Part shown: positions 10,447 through 25,400 of the stretch, one piece after another
Layout of the letters: each line of letters opens with the position of its first letter
Numbering within the stretch: the first letter of the stretch is position 1
From: Antedon mediterranea
Lineage: Eukaryota > Animalia > Echinodermata
Length of the DNA: 64,000 nucleotides
NCBI RefSeq assembly: GCF_964355755.1
Contig: NC_092677.1
Coordinates: 15,584,101-15,648,100 of the forward strand
Direction of reading: 5' to 3'
Translations under genes and position numbers: made by a program
Notes under the pieces: generated by a model
What the model saw: the letters and a program-made list of their open reading frames with translations, nothing else
What the model was told of the DNA's origin: nothing
Database searches by the model: none

Positions 10447-13400
10447 CTGCAAGAAAAGATATTTAAAAAAAATGGGGCTGCTAGAGAAGACTTCTTTTGT
10501 TCTAAATTAATTAATAAAAGATATCAAAACACATTTCAAGTGTCCTTTGGTAAAAAAAATGGAAGCACACCTGCATGGAAATGTGTAATTCCTGCTCTTG
10601 TGTACTGAGGAAGGGTACCTTAATGCATTATTAGTATTTAATTTGGAGGAGTAATAATAATATCAAATTTGCTCTTAAAAAAAGACTGACCTGGTCCTTA
10701 CTGACATAGACTTCTGTCACTTTATCGTCAATGCTATTGTTATCGGAGTTAAACTCAATGTTGTGAAAGTCATCAGATTTGTGAAGTTTCACATCAGCCT
10801 AAAATAAATTACATGATACTAATTTTAACACTTATAAACACAAATGCCAAATATTTATGAAATTACTTTCACTCTTGAAACAATCCATCACATTTCCTTC
10901 AATAACCTCTAGCAAATAAACTATACGGACAGTCAGAAGACACGCCTTCAGCAGATCAGAATGAATTTAAAAGAAGGAATGAATATAAGTGGAAAGTTCT
11001 AAAATAATTATTATTGAACGAGTACAGAGCTGGCTAAAATGACTGGCACAGCACACTGACATCAGAATGTAAATTCAGTAGGTCATTCCAGAGGGTCTTT
11101 AAGTCAATATCTAGATAACGATAACAGAGTGCAGACACAAATAAATTACTTACAGTAATGTCCATAGTTTGATAGTTAAATACCAGGATCTCCAATGCCA
11201 AGTTTTCACCACGGATCACAGAATACGGAAGATTCATGGACACGAAAAACGGTTTGAACACTGTGACCTAGAATTATAGGACATTAAAAACATGAATGTA
11301 CTCCATTGACTTTTGAAGTGTATAATATAATAAACCAATCAGCTATGCTTATTTATTTCTGTGTGTTGTACTACATAGGTGGAATCCCTAAAATTTAAAA
11401 TATTAAAAGTTTATCACTTCACATTAACATTTTTGGACAATTATGCACTCAATTCATTTTTTAATGTTATAAAATCTATTCCGGTGTATCGTCAAGCAGG
11501 TGAGATATGGAACCACATGGCTGCTTGTATATTACACTTCAAGATAACTAAAAAATGTGTAGATTAGCATAATATTCATAACCTAACAAACGAACCATCG
11601 ATGTGGTTGGAACAACTCCAAAACCAGTAGAGGTTGACAAAGCAAAAGCACTGCCAACCCACGAAGTGATTGTATCTGGAACAGTAGTCTCAATTGAAAC
11701 CATACCATCATCACTAATTTACAGAAGAAAGAAGGCATATTAACATAATGTATTGTACAAACAATTTTGAAACTATATTTTTGAAATTAATAACAACCCA
11801 ATGAGCAATGCATTCCGAACACGCTCTTGTAGTACCTCGCTAGCTGTGACGTCACATTAATAGTTGTACCTTTATACGATCGAGTGATTGAATTAAAAGT
11901 TTCCTGTTTAGAGCTGTTTTAGTATTTGTTGTTTCCGAACATCACATAATTGGCGACGAAGATTTTACCCAATATACAGAGAATGTTTTATTACTACTTG
12001 GGCTACAAGTAAGACGAAATAGCATGATTTTTGGCACTCAGCAAGTAGGCTATATATAGGCCACCAGTAGAATCATCACCGATCAGCGAAGTGACTGCAT
12101 ATTGGTAGTTCACCAAACCATCCAGCCAGAAATGGGTTAGCGGAACGAGCTGTACAAACTGTGAAAGAGGGGTTAAAGAAAACTGTAGGTGAGGACTTGG
12201 AGTCAAGAATATATTGATTCCTGGCAAAAATATAGACTAACACCACAGTCAACAACTGTTCAGTCACCGGCAGAATTACTAATGAAACGACGTCCTAAGT
12301 CTCGACTTGACCTAGTTTGACCTATTATATTATACAATAATAGCAGGACAAGAAACTCATGAGAGATCATTTTATGAGGGAGACTCAGTATGGGTAGTGA
12401 ACTTTGCTGGTAAACCAAAATGGTTACCTGGTGTGCTTCAGCATCAGGTAGGTCCTTTAAGGTACATTTGGAGGATGGTCGTGAATGGCGTCGACACGTT
12501 GACCACATTCAGAAGCGTTTTCCAGAAGAGAAAGTTACTAGACCGCTTGAAATTACAGAGCAGACTACAATCAACTTACCAGATCAAACTGAAGAAACAT
12601 CAATCCAACCAACTATGGAACAATCAATCAACCCTAATGATTTATTAGATACTGTACCTAAACCTACTACTACAGCTTCACCAGAATTGGAACCTCACAG
12701 ATCAGGAATAATCCGCAAGACTCAGGACAGATTAAATTTGTGAACATTGTTATTTTGCGCGTTGTTGTATGCAATCTGTTGTGGATTTATTGATAATTGA
12801 ACGTCTTATTGCATTTGTTATGAACAGTTTGTTTTGATGATCATCACAAAATTATTATAACTGCAAAGTAACTAAGATATGGATATGTTTCGCAAATAAC
12901 TTTTATTATAACAATGTTTTAAATATTGGTCATTTTAACAGACTTTATATTATAACCCATATACCTAATCTAAAACAGGAGGAATGTTCCGAACACGCTT
13001 TTGTAGTACAGCGCTAGCTGTGACGTCACATATAGCACCTCATTGCTTAGTTGTACCTTTATACGATTGAGTGATTCAATTAAAAGTTTACTGTTCAAAG
13101 AGCTGTTTTAGTATTTGTTGTTTCCGAACATCACACAATGGAATTAAGATGCTTACACTAAAAGACAGAAACCAATATACCAAAATAAAGAAAATGACTC
13201 AAAGACAAATATATGGAAAAAAAGACTCTGACGAGGAAGACAAAAAATAAGGAGGAGAGATGGCATCAAGTGATGACTGCAAACTGGTCGACAGCTTCAG
13301 AAAAGAGGAATTGGAAAATGCCAGAGGAGGGTTACATCCAGCAGTAACATAACCTATGATAATGAGGTACATACAATTGACAATACAAATAGTATGTATG

Positions 13401-16400
13401 AGTATATTTAAATATATATACCACTCTGCAGCAGTATGTCAATAAAGAGCTGAGAAAATCATCAACCTTTCTAGAGAAGAAATGCAGTTTAATTTGAAAT
13501 TGTATTATGGAAAAGTTGTTTTATGTTGTTACTTAAACATCAAGGCATTCTAAACTCTCTAAAAATAAGGAAAACAAATAGAACGTATTACCCAACAGTA
13601 GTCTCCATCCACAGCCATGTCTCTGGAAATTCAGCACGTACATCAGAATCAGCAATGGTAGTTAAAAGCATTTCATCAGTTAATTCAGTTAATTCAGTTA
13701 ACTCAAAATCGATCATTGGGCGTTGAGCAAAAGCAGAATGGGAAATAATCAGACCTGATGATAAATCACATTTGATCAAAATAACTAAAAAAGTAGGTCT
13801 GTGTATAAAATTTTGTGTTACTTGTTTTTGGAAATCAGTGAAGAAGAACGGCTACATATTTCATTTAATCAAAATGAAGATAGGGGCATGAATATTATTG
13901 CTAGAGTGAATTAACTTTGAACTTGGTCATTGCACAATGTCCTTACCAGAAAGTACAGAATTTATTGATTTATTCAATTTAGACAAAACAACAAACAAAA
14001 ACAACAACAAATTTACAGAAAAACAGCAGCGAACCTAATCTAATCTAATCTAATCACTGTTGGAAGACTTTTCTTAACAGAAATACAAATAAACATATAT
14101 AATTCTAACTTTACAGAAATGTGTATTTGATATAAATCATAGAAAAATTGTATTAAATGATTGTCTTTTAATAAATTTTGTGTTATAATTATGTACATGG
14201 TACCTAATAGTAATAATTTTATCTTTCTATTTTAGAGATCTGTTAAAGATGTATTGTCCACCTGAAAAAATATTTTTAATTTTTAAGCTTACTATGTCGG
14301 TCGGTTGCTAACTTACATAAATTAACATTAGGCCTAATTATTGTAGGCATATAACACCAAACAATCAAGGAAAACAATGCTCCATACTAATAGCTAATTT
14401 ACATAGAAATATTTTAAAAGAAACGCACTTTAAAAAAAATCACAATTAGGCAAAAACTTTTCAAAACTTACTTGAATGAAGAGAAATATGCAAAATATTA
14501 TTCAATTCATCTGGTATTTTAGCATCTGTCAAAACAATCACACCAGAATTCTAAATAGAAATTGTAAAAATGTTATAATGGCAATGCAATGTACAGATCT
14601 TTCTTCACAACTAGGTGGAAGAACTGCAGGCCAATTGGTAGCTCCAGGGACTCTGTTTCACCTTGTGTTTTCTTTTCACACCTTCAAGACACATACTTCT
14701 CGATCATTTTTCTGGTCAATCTTGATTTCAGAAAAGTCATTGGAATGTTTCTCCAGGGTGCTGTATTACTGGAGAGTGATGGTGTAATGATAATATCGTA
14801 CTATGTGATAGGCCGGGTTCGAGGTAAAAGGTAGGATATCTAAATATCAAGCAAAAGGTTCTGTGGTTGAATGGGTTGGTGCAGCTTTTTCCTATATATT
14901 CTCACACCTCATCTTTTCATACCTATACCTGTGCACATTTATTTTTTTATTTTTATTTTTATTTATTTCATCATCACCCTACAGTGACCAAACGTCACCA
15001 TTAACAGGGTTGAAAGTCATAAAATATAATATAATACTGTATATACAAGCAAAAATCAACAGATAACAAGACAACATTTAAATATTACTGACATTAGACA
15101 AAACCTTGTGACGGAAACAAGCAAGTGAATAAAAAAAAATATCAACAGATCCATCAACTTTACATAGTGAGTGGTATAACTTACTATATTTATATATAAA
15201 AGTATCTCTTCAGAGATCCTGCCTTGTAAATTAATATCTACATACAAGATCTCAAGTAGTAATTACAAAACTAGTGCTGAACATTACATCGCACCCAAGA
15301 GGATGTGAAAGAGTTTTAATGAATAGGACCTAAGCATTTCAGGCACAAGGTTCGAAGTTTGAATCTCAGTTGGAGCACCTTTTTCTCAATGTCAAGGATT
15401 TCCTCTTTTTTACCATTAAATATTTATTTAATTGATTTCTAGATCACTGCTTATTTGAGAGGAAATAAGTACTGTGCTGTAGACAATGAATGTACACTCA
15501 TCACTTTAACAACACAAACAATTATCTACATGCAGACGCAATCTGACCAGGGATGTTAGTATACAAATAATTATAATTTACGCCTCCCTGCCTCTGCAAT
15601 TGAATTTATTCTCAATGATTTGACCTTTGTGGAACTTTCATACCACCCCAAATTCCTACACACAATTAAAAAGTTCACCTTAGTGTAATACAATGTTGCG
15701 TTGTTGAGGTACTAATGAAAGACTCTTACTCGCTTAGCTGTCGTAACACATATATTATTTATTCAGTATAATACTTCAGTACAATAATGATTCGGTACAA
15801 TATACCATTAGGATAAGGATACAGAGGATCAGTGATGCTGTCGGTGAGGTGTGAAGTGTGTAGGTCTGCTTCTGAAGAAGTGGCTGTGAGGTGTAGATGT
15901 TCTTCGGAAGAAGTGGCTGTGAGGTGTGTGCTCCGTGAAATGGCTGTAAGGTGTAGATGTTCTTCTGAAACTTGGGGGTATATTGGCTTCGGTTCATTTG
16001 CATATGTCACTACGTAATCTGTGAGGGTAACGATTGGTCCTAAGTTGGTCCAGGGGTGTTTAAGTGGGAGTGATTGATCTTATCTGGGGAGGTTACAATG
16101 ATGAATTGGCCCTGTCGAATCTCTGCTAAAAACTGTCAATATCTAATTGTTTTACGATGGGAACAGTTGCAAAGTTATTCTTTAGGGAATCGATTGTAAA
16201 CTAAATGGTCATTAAAACATCTGGACAAACTCTCCTCTGGACTTTCTGGGTCAAGTTTGTGAACATATTTGAATTCCGATACAAAGGTCAATTTCTTAAA
16301 TATAAAAGTATATCGTTATATTACATCCCTCTGTTTCCCTTTTTTTTTTCTAATCTATTTAAAATATAAAAAATGGTTATAATAGTGGCATGCAAAATTA

Positions 16401-19400
16401 AAGTTATATAAAAGAAAAAAAACATTATTATACATATAAGCAAAAATTGAGTTAGCCAAAACCATTGACTCTGAAGTGTAACCTTATCACTTTCACTCTC
16501 TCTCTCTTCTCTCTCTTATAAAATATTAAAATCAAAAAATGAATTTGGTATAAAATTCGCGTAAATCAAACATAAATCAGTTGAAAATAAAAATACAAAA
16601 CTTAAAAAATAGTATATTACATTGAACATACATCAAATCGTGCGACAACTCATCGCGTTCTAATGGTCTTCAAACATAAATCAATCAAATCAAAACATAA
16701 AACTCAAGAAAACTGTGGCTGATTAGCCTAATATCAAAATATCAAACTTAATCACTTAAAACTTTAAAGAAACAAATGTGTGTGTCCCGTTGACACAAAC
16801 TTATCCACAATATATCGTTATCATCACAACTTTATCGATTTAAGCATTTATATTCACAGGTAATTACGATTTCAATCAATCGACAAATTCGACTTTTGTA
16901 CTCAATGTAAAAAAATTACAATTAAAAGTACTAAGAAAATCTCCTGTTCTTGTATATCAATTAATTAATGCTTGAGATGAACGACTCAAAGGTTAAACAA
17001 AATATTTGTTACAAAATGCTTGTCGTTCTTTTCGATATCTCAATATATCGATCATCAAAATTCAAAATTAATCTTTATCAAAAAACTCGTTACAAAATCA
17101 ATACTTAATCAATTTTAATTCTCTTTTAACTGAAATCACATCATTACTAAACAAATCTCATCAAAAATACGTAGACTATGCTATCATTAATTTAGCAAAT
17201 GTCGTAATTTTTTAAAAAAAATCTTGCAAAAAAAAATTAAATCAGTAATTCGTTGCATTATACAAACGTTTTATGAATCGTTTTGGCGATCCACTTATCG
17301 GTATCTGTTTATCATTAATAATCTCTTTAATTAATTTATCTGTATCGTTATATCTGTCAATTTTCCACCAAAATTTGCGATCATTAGATTCGTGTTTTGT
17401 TTCATCAGTGTTACGTTTGGCTGAAGTCGGTTTAGAATACGAAACTAAAACTTGGAAATGTCCTGCTTTAAATCTACCTCGGTTTAATGTCATATTTGAA
17501 TCATTAGGTGCTGTCATAATTAGATTAGTTTGTTCCTTAATTTGTTCTTCTTTCATTTGGAATGGGGCTGCTAATCCCATGTTATTCTCTACACAGTCAA
17601 AAGTAAGGTTGTAAGTTAAGGGGGTCTACTTTAGTTGGATGTGTAAGGGTATCTGATTGCAATTGGGCTGGTGTCCTATCATGTTCGTCAATAAATTAAA
17701 CATTGTTTTCGTCATTTACTACGTTAACGGTGTTCTGAATTTTCTCATTATTATTATCGGCGGGTTTATTCAACAATTATTTTAACAATTTAAAAAAACA
17801 ATTTTAGTGTATACCATAAACTTTCACACAGGGTTACAATTCAAAATCAAAACGGTTCTGACTTACCCCAAATGCTTCGGATCCAATTAAAAATGATTAA
17901 AGGAATGCAAAAAGTGTTCAAAAATGTTTAAATGTTCAAACAACGAATTAAAGAAATGTTAAAGTGCTCATCAATGTTCAAATTTTCAAACAACGAATTA
18001 AAAAAAATGCGAAAGGTGTTCATCAATGTTCAAAAAGGTAAATGTTAAAAAAAACGATCGAAAAAAAAACGGCGTGAAGTTGAAAGTGTCCAAACGAAAC
18101 AGTTCTTGTCCGCTTGCTTCTGTTTTGATTCTTCTTGTGTCTTCCTCGATTATCTTCTTTGTCTTCATCCAATGGTCATAATTTGATAAAATTTCTGCTT
18201 GTCTCGATCTCATTCAAATATAATTACAGCTTGTCTTTTGTGTCTTCCTCGATTATCTTCTTTGTCTTTTGTGTAAAAGTAAATTTCTGGTTTTCTCCTT
18301 TCAAGCAAATATGGTTATTTTTGTCTTCGTCTTCGTGTCTTGTTAAGTGTTTATTTCTTGTTTTCTTGTTATTCTGTTTTCTCACTCTGTTCCTTATAAA
18401 ATTCGGGTCTTCCACCATGTAATACAATGTTGCGTTGTTGAGGTACTAATGAAAGACTCTTACTCGCTTAGCTGTCGTAACACATATATTGTTTATTCAG
18501 TATAATACTTCAGTACAATAATGATTCGGTACAATATACCATTAGGATAAGGATACAGAGGATCAGTGATGCTGTCGGTGAGGTGTGAAGTGTGTAGGTC
18601 TGCTTCTGAAGAAGTGGCTGTGAGGTGTAGATGTTCTTCTGAAGAAGTGGCTGTGAGGTGTGTGCTCCGTGAAATGGCTGTAAGGTGTAGATGTTCTTCT
18701 GAAACTTGGGGGTATATTGGCTTCGGTTCATTTGCATATGTCACTACGTAATCTGTGAGGGTAACGATTGGTCCTAAGTTGGTCCAGGGGTGTTTAAGTG
18801 GGAGTGATTGATCTTATCTGGGGAGGTTACAATGATGAATTGGCCCTGTCGAATCTCTGCTAAAAACTGTCAATATCCAATTGTTTTACGATGGGAACAG
18901 TTGCAAAGTTATTCTTTAGGGAATCGATTGTAAACTAAATGGTCATTAAAACATCTGGACAAACTCTCCTCTGGACTTTCTGGGTCAAGTTTGTGAACCT
19001 ATTTGAATTCCGATACAAAGGTCAATTTCTTAAATATAAAAGTATATCGTTATATTACATTAGTTCCAACAACGATATTGATATTTTGGTGTATATGATG
19101 TATTATAGGCCTATGTTATATTTTTTTCATGAGATCATGAGCTTTCATTTTTTTTATCAATGTATTTCAAAGATTTCTAGATCCTAATTGTTAAGTACCC
19201 AAATGGAAATAAGTAACACTTTTTGGAATATTATGGTTCAATTAGTTTTGTGTGTATCATTCCATTTTTGTATTTCATTGTTCATGTTTTGAACCATAAA
19301 TAATTCAAATAAAATTCCTAATATGTCTTCAATCTTGGGAAGGCACTATTATGTAAGAAATTATAATAAAATGTTCTTTTTTAATTAATGTTTTGTCTCA

Positions 19401-22400
19401 ACAATGTATGGTGTGCATTCAATTTATTTTGGTTAAGCACTATACAAAAAGGCCATCATCATTTATTATTATTATGTCAAATGAATAGAATTACTTACTT
19501 TAAATATGTTTGCAGCATAGATGCCTTCCGTCGAGAATGGATAGAACCTAGGTATTCCAATCTTACCACTTTTAGAACTGTCAAATGTTTCTAACTCTTC
19601 AATCACCTAAAAATATCTTTCAATGTTGTATGAATTTTTTTATTTGTTTTATTAGAATATACCGGTAACCTTTTTCAAAATAAAAGTATGATCACATTTA
19701 CATACAATGCCAAACTCAAATCAAAGACTACCCAATAAAAGATGTTTATGTTATTTTGTGCTTACCTTTTTTTGTGTGATGTCATTTCCAGATTTCAAAA
19801 GTAGAACACTCTGATCAACAGCCAATAGATAGACTAGAGAGCCCCCGGTTGCTGCAATGTCAACATTAATGTTATCACCAGGTTCAACAACATCACTACT
19901 GAATGACAGACTGACCTATGAAATGGTCAATAAACATTGATTTTATTATTTTGGCTTCTATTGGTTGAGGAAATTCCTGCTTCAAACAAGTCACCCATTC
20001 ATAAGAGTACTAATGAAGAAATCATATGTCTGTGACCATAATATTGACCGGAGACTTGACAAACAATTTTAGTTGATATAAGGTTTAAATTATTCGACAA
20101 TCATAATGAAGTGGATAGATTATATTTTATAATTGTATACATATCAAAGAAATTTAAATATCTGTATCTATTGTTATACTATTAGTTACAACATTACATT
20201 AGTATAAAGTTGATATATGAAAGTTTAAAATAATGATTAATAAACAAAAGAAACAAGAAAATCTACTGAACTTTGTACCTTATTTTCAAACGAACCGTCA
20301 ACATTAAAGTTATAGACATCAACAACAGTTTCATTGTCGGAACGAACGTAGTATGCAATCAACTTTGCTGATGGCACCATGTCAGCTGTGATAGCAACAT
20401 TCAATGTATTTTGAGTAGAAGTTAATCCAGTCAGTGTTCCAGTTAGAACAATATTGCCTTTGGATAAAATCTATGCAAAAGAAAAGTAAAGTTCATCAAC
20501 AATTGTCCAGCCCAACTGGCTGGGAAAAAAACCGAAATTAGTCAGAAACTATGGACTCCCTTGAAAATAAGTTGGGCACTTAATTGTTATGCTGATTAAA
20601 TCTGATTCTGATTAAATTCAGAAGTCTTCTGATGAGAGATTTATTTAAATTTACCATTACTTTGTTTTTAGATTTGTGCATACTCTTAGTGTTATAATCA
20701 TTCACCTTTGCAGCCCAAAAAAATCCCTGTGATTCAACACTAACATCCAATCAAAGTAAAGAATTTTTCTCTGGTTAGATAAAAATGGCAAAAAAAGCCC
20801 AGTGTTTTATTATCTCTGCCAAGGAGGTTATATTTTTGTCTGCGATTGTACTTGTGTGTCTGTTATCATTACAACATCAAAACTAAAAGACGGATCAGAA
20901 AGATATATATGGTCACAGAAGATTCTATTCAGTTTTGGAAGCAATCCAGATCTGGATCCCAATTCTTTTAGGTTGTGGGATGATGAATTATTACTTTTTT
21001 GGTCACCAACTGAAAACTACATATTGTATATATATATTTAGTTTTCGGTTGGTGACCAAAAAAATCATACATTACATTAGACGACTCCCTGTTTAGACTA
21101 GAATAGTTAGTTTGGTATTTTAAACAATAGAAATTTAAAAACAGGCCGGTTGAAACATTTTTAATTTTGGAGGTCAGCCCTTGGCAGAGGTATGTAGTCT
21201 CTGATTATTCTTGTTTAAAATATATTTAACAATGTATATTGTAGATTATCTAGATAGATTCTTGAAGCCAAAAATAAAATGTGCAAATAAATTTAAATCA
21301 AAACACAAAATTGTACCTAATATTGCAACTTTTGGTTTGGGGTTTATGATCAAATCCATGGCATGATTTTTTCCCAGATTGGATATACTCATAATTTAGA
21401 CCAGAATAGAATAGAAGTCCCATACCAAACATAACCACGTCGTCAAGATGAGAATTATACAGCGTAACAAATTCTAGAAATACTGTAATCACTAAAACTA
21501 AACGTAAGCCATCTTGACTGTGGAGTATTCCATAGATCTACACTATAATCATATCAGGCTTTGGTCTATTACAAAGGATAAGGACTATTTAAACAATCAT
21601 GTTAACCATTGACAATATTATACCATATAAACAATGTTATGCGGGACTTCCGTTGATGTGATATTAAATGTGGCATCTTCTCCTGCATTCAATCCGGAAT
21701 TGGCTAAGATGATCTGAATGAACGAATTGCTCGGTGACTCCATCGCGTCAATTCTAAAGGAATCTACATATTCACTTTCTTCCTCCATTGTATAGTACCG
21801 TGCCTGTTTGAAGAAATAATAATTATTAGGTACTCAATATTCAAATGGTACATCTCCCTCTCTCCCTTTGTAAAAGAAAAAAAAAGAAATTTATGTTAAG
21901 TAAATAAGTTAATAAGATCGAATATAAAAGCAATTTTTCTAATAAAACACAGTTTAGTTCTAATCAAAAAGGCAATGGTTCATACATGTTTGTAGAATAA
22001 GAGATTAAAAAGTAGTATGAATATTTTGTTCCATCAAAAAGCTTATCTCAACAAATATTTGAGAAAATTATTAACCATATAGCACAGGAATTCCCAGTAC
22101 AAAGCCAATTTTAAGGAAAAAATGCTATGTATATATTTTTCTAAATCCCTTTACACAACGAATTCTAGTTCTGTGAGGTTTTTAGTTTCACTAAAATTCT
22201 AGTTTCTAGATGAAAAAGTGAAAAACTGGCTTAGAAAAAGAGTTCTCACTTTTTGACTTTTTGAAATTGACTTATATTTCTTTTCTTCACCACTTTTGCC
22301 GTTCCTACTTATAGAGTTTTCTACAATTTTACAGGCCTATGTTGAATAAAAAAGTTAACATGGAAAAGCTATTACCTGTATATCAATTGATGTTTTATTT

Positions 22401-25400
22401 TCAAGTGTGCCTGCATCAATTTGTGCTGTCACAACCCCATTAGATGGAATTTCATAATACTCTTCAACTTTCCTTTCATCATCATGGCGGTCTCTGTAAG
22501 AGACAAGTAACGGCACACTCCTCTCTTCCTCAGACAGGGGTGTTCCATCCTGTCTTGTAACAGCAATCTAAAAGAAAAACCTCAAGAGTTTGATAGCAAC
22601 ACCAATTTCTAAAAATGCGAACGTTACATTAAAAATGCATGTTAAGATTCGTTTTTGTTTACTTCAAAGACATGGAGCATGTGCTTTTCACATCTGTGGT
22701 GGGGAATGTTCGGATAACGTGAAAAAATGCTATGTATTTTGTTATCAATTTTTAAATAAACTAAAATCAATCGTCACTGTTTGAAATAAATTTATTTTAA
22801 TCAAATCCTGATAATAATGTACATACTGCACCTCACTGTTTTAGCGTGTTTTCCAATAGCAAATTTTGTATTGTAAATTATCTCTAGTATTTTCATGCCG
22901 GTTCTCAATGGTATGTGAAACATGTTTGTATGTGTTTATCAGTTGCGATCAGTGAGCAATACAACCTCAAACAGCCAGCTTCCAAATAGCTTTTCTCAAA
23001 CCTGTTTGGGCAATATAACAATATAATAATACTGTAAACACATTTGGATGTGTTTTTGCCTTTTGGAATAATTTGTAGATGGCGCTTTATAGTTATTTTG
23101 TTTGCATCATAATGTATGATTTTATGGTAATAAAAGCAAGACATGATCAAAATCAAAAAATCACAATTATTCACCAAACAGAATAGCACTTGAGTGTGGA
23201 TATTTGGTCCTAGAAAGTCACTAGAAAATAATTAAATAAAATGAAATATTTACATAAGCAGTGTACAGAAAGCTAGGCTTGAATGTCTTTGAATTTCCTT
23301 CCAAGATGTCCACTTTGACAGGCCTGTTAAAGTACCCAATTGAAGCTGTTGACTTCAGCAAATTTCCGGTTAGGGTTTCATTTACAATGGCAATGACATT
23401 GAAGTTTACTCCATCAGAAATTTCCATCAAGTCATCAATAGGAACAGAGAATGATTTGCTTCCATCAATCTAAAAATTAGATAAGAATAGCTTTCAAATA
23501 ATTATTTTTACCTCTGATTTTTTTTATCAAATACAAATTGGCAGCGGTCTCTAAACAAGAACCAAACATAGACTTCTTACATAGTAATATAAAAAAAATG
23601 ACAGGAAACTAAAATTCAAACTAAAAATTTGTCGGTAGGATGTAGGAATTCTTGCACAATTTTATAATTGTATTTGTTACTTAAACGAGTGCAAATTTCT
23701 AATGTGATTAAATCCAGGTTGACCATTGTAATTAAGTTCAGAACAGCCTTTGATTGTAGTGACAATTTATGGTTTGCACATATCAGGCCTCCTATTATTA
23801 TCCCAACTGACTCTTTGGGACACTTCTGAAACCTGTCTTTGGGTATCAATGGGCTTTGAGATGTCACTCAGCATTACCTTTATTCCTCTGTACAGTATAA
23901 CATTTCCTTTTAACTGCCAGTGAATGAGTTTTGAAATGTACTACTAATGGTAGCAGCAAATTAAATTTCCTGGGTATATTTCTATATTGATATAGAGTCC
24001 AGCAGATATTTTCAGGAAATTACCTCATTTTTAGTATTAATTACTGTACTTCATACTGTAATCATTATAACACCCAATTGTGTAATGGTTTATTTCAATT
24101 TCTGAAGGAAATTCTTTACATTATTTTCATACTTACAACCATGTTCAATTCTATTTCATGACTTCCAGTTATGATCTTCACAAGTACCGTTCCTTTAACA
24201 GGTTTTCCATAAGTATATCTAAAGAAACAATGAAAGGTAATTAAATATCATGGATTAACAATTGTTTGAAGAAAAATCAAGAAAGTAAGATTGTTTGGCC
24301 CACAGAAAAAATGTATGTATATAAAAATAGGAATGGCAGTTCTAAATTCATTCATTCAGTTATAACCAATCGGTTTCTTCTGTCTTTTAATATTCTGCTT
24401 TCTAAAAGGAACATAATAATAACTTAGTAACCATAGTTGCATACAGAAAGTAATTTCTGTCACAGCTATAATCCCACAATACATCAAATATCCATTTGTA
24501 TTTGTTATTGCCTTTGGGTTGGCTTCGCATAACGGCTGAACAAAAGCAAAGTTTGCTTTTCTTCCATGCAAGGACATTCAATTTTCTAGACTTTATAATT
24601 TACTGTATTTAAATTTCAATAAATAGTTAAAATTAAATCGTTCAGAAATATTTATTTCAGTATTTTGTATACTGAGATTGTTAGAAATTGGTGGCATTTC
24701 AGTTACAAAAGAAATACAAAAGATAATATACAGAAATGAAGCATTTACATTGACTCTCTAGTCTTTATTTTCACATGTTAGGGTTTTTTGTACAAAGATT
24801 TCTTAGTTTCTTCTTTTTCTGTGGTTATTATGTTACTTGTTTGCTATGGATATATTTTGGATATATTATGACAATTATAATTGGTATTTAGAAATAAAAA
24901 GATAAATGAATGTATGAATAATATTATTCTTTATTCTGAGATATGCTTAATTATGGAAATCCTGGCACACTCCACAACTTCTTTTTTCAATCTAGATCTG
25001 TATTTGCATAATAAAGACAAGCTGGTATGGTATGGAGCTTTTTCTGTTCTCTTGCAGTTGTCAAGTGATGTCAATCCATATGATATTTATTTATTTAATT
25101 TAGGCACATTGCCAAGAATGTCCACATATGATATAGGCACACAAGTTGATTACCAGTAAGCTATCTGCCCCTGCTGGAAATAACACATTTGAAGGTGGGC
25201 TCTGGGAATTGTCTAATCTTTTACTTTAATATTGTCTTATGAGAGGTGGAAATTGTGATTGGCAAAATGAATGTGAATGCCAAATGCAAGAACAAGGCGA
25301 TAGTATCAAATTACAAAATGGTAAAGGATAGGTCATTTTGTGTGTGGACCAACTTACATGACTTGCATTAAATAATTATAAAACATAGAAATGAATAGCT

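Noticed and set aside
15759-18751. Duplicated 83/75/61-aa ORFs
   Set aside because: They lie inside the two LTRs and arise from a ~30-bp internal repeat.
13755-19498. Mutually exclusive alternative bait exons as in Drosophila Tep2
   Set aside because: I found no additional phase-compatible exon with good splice sites between exons 13 and 15 of either paralog. RNA data could still reveal small ones.
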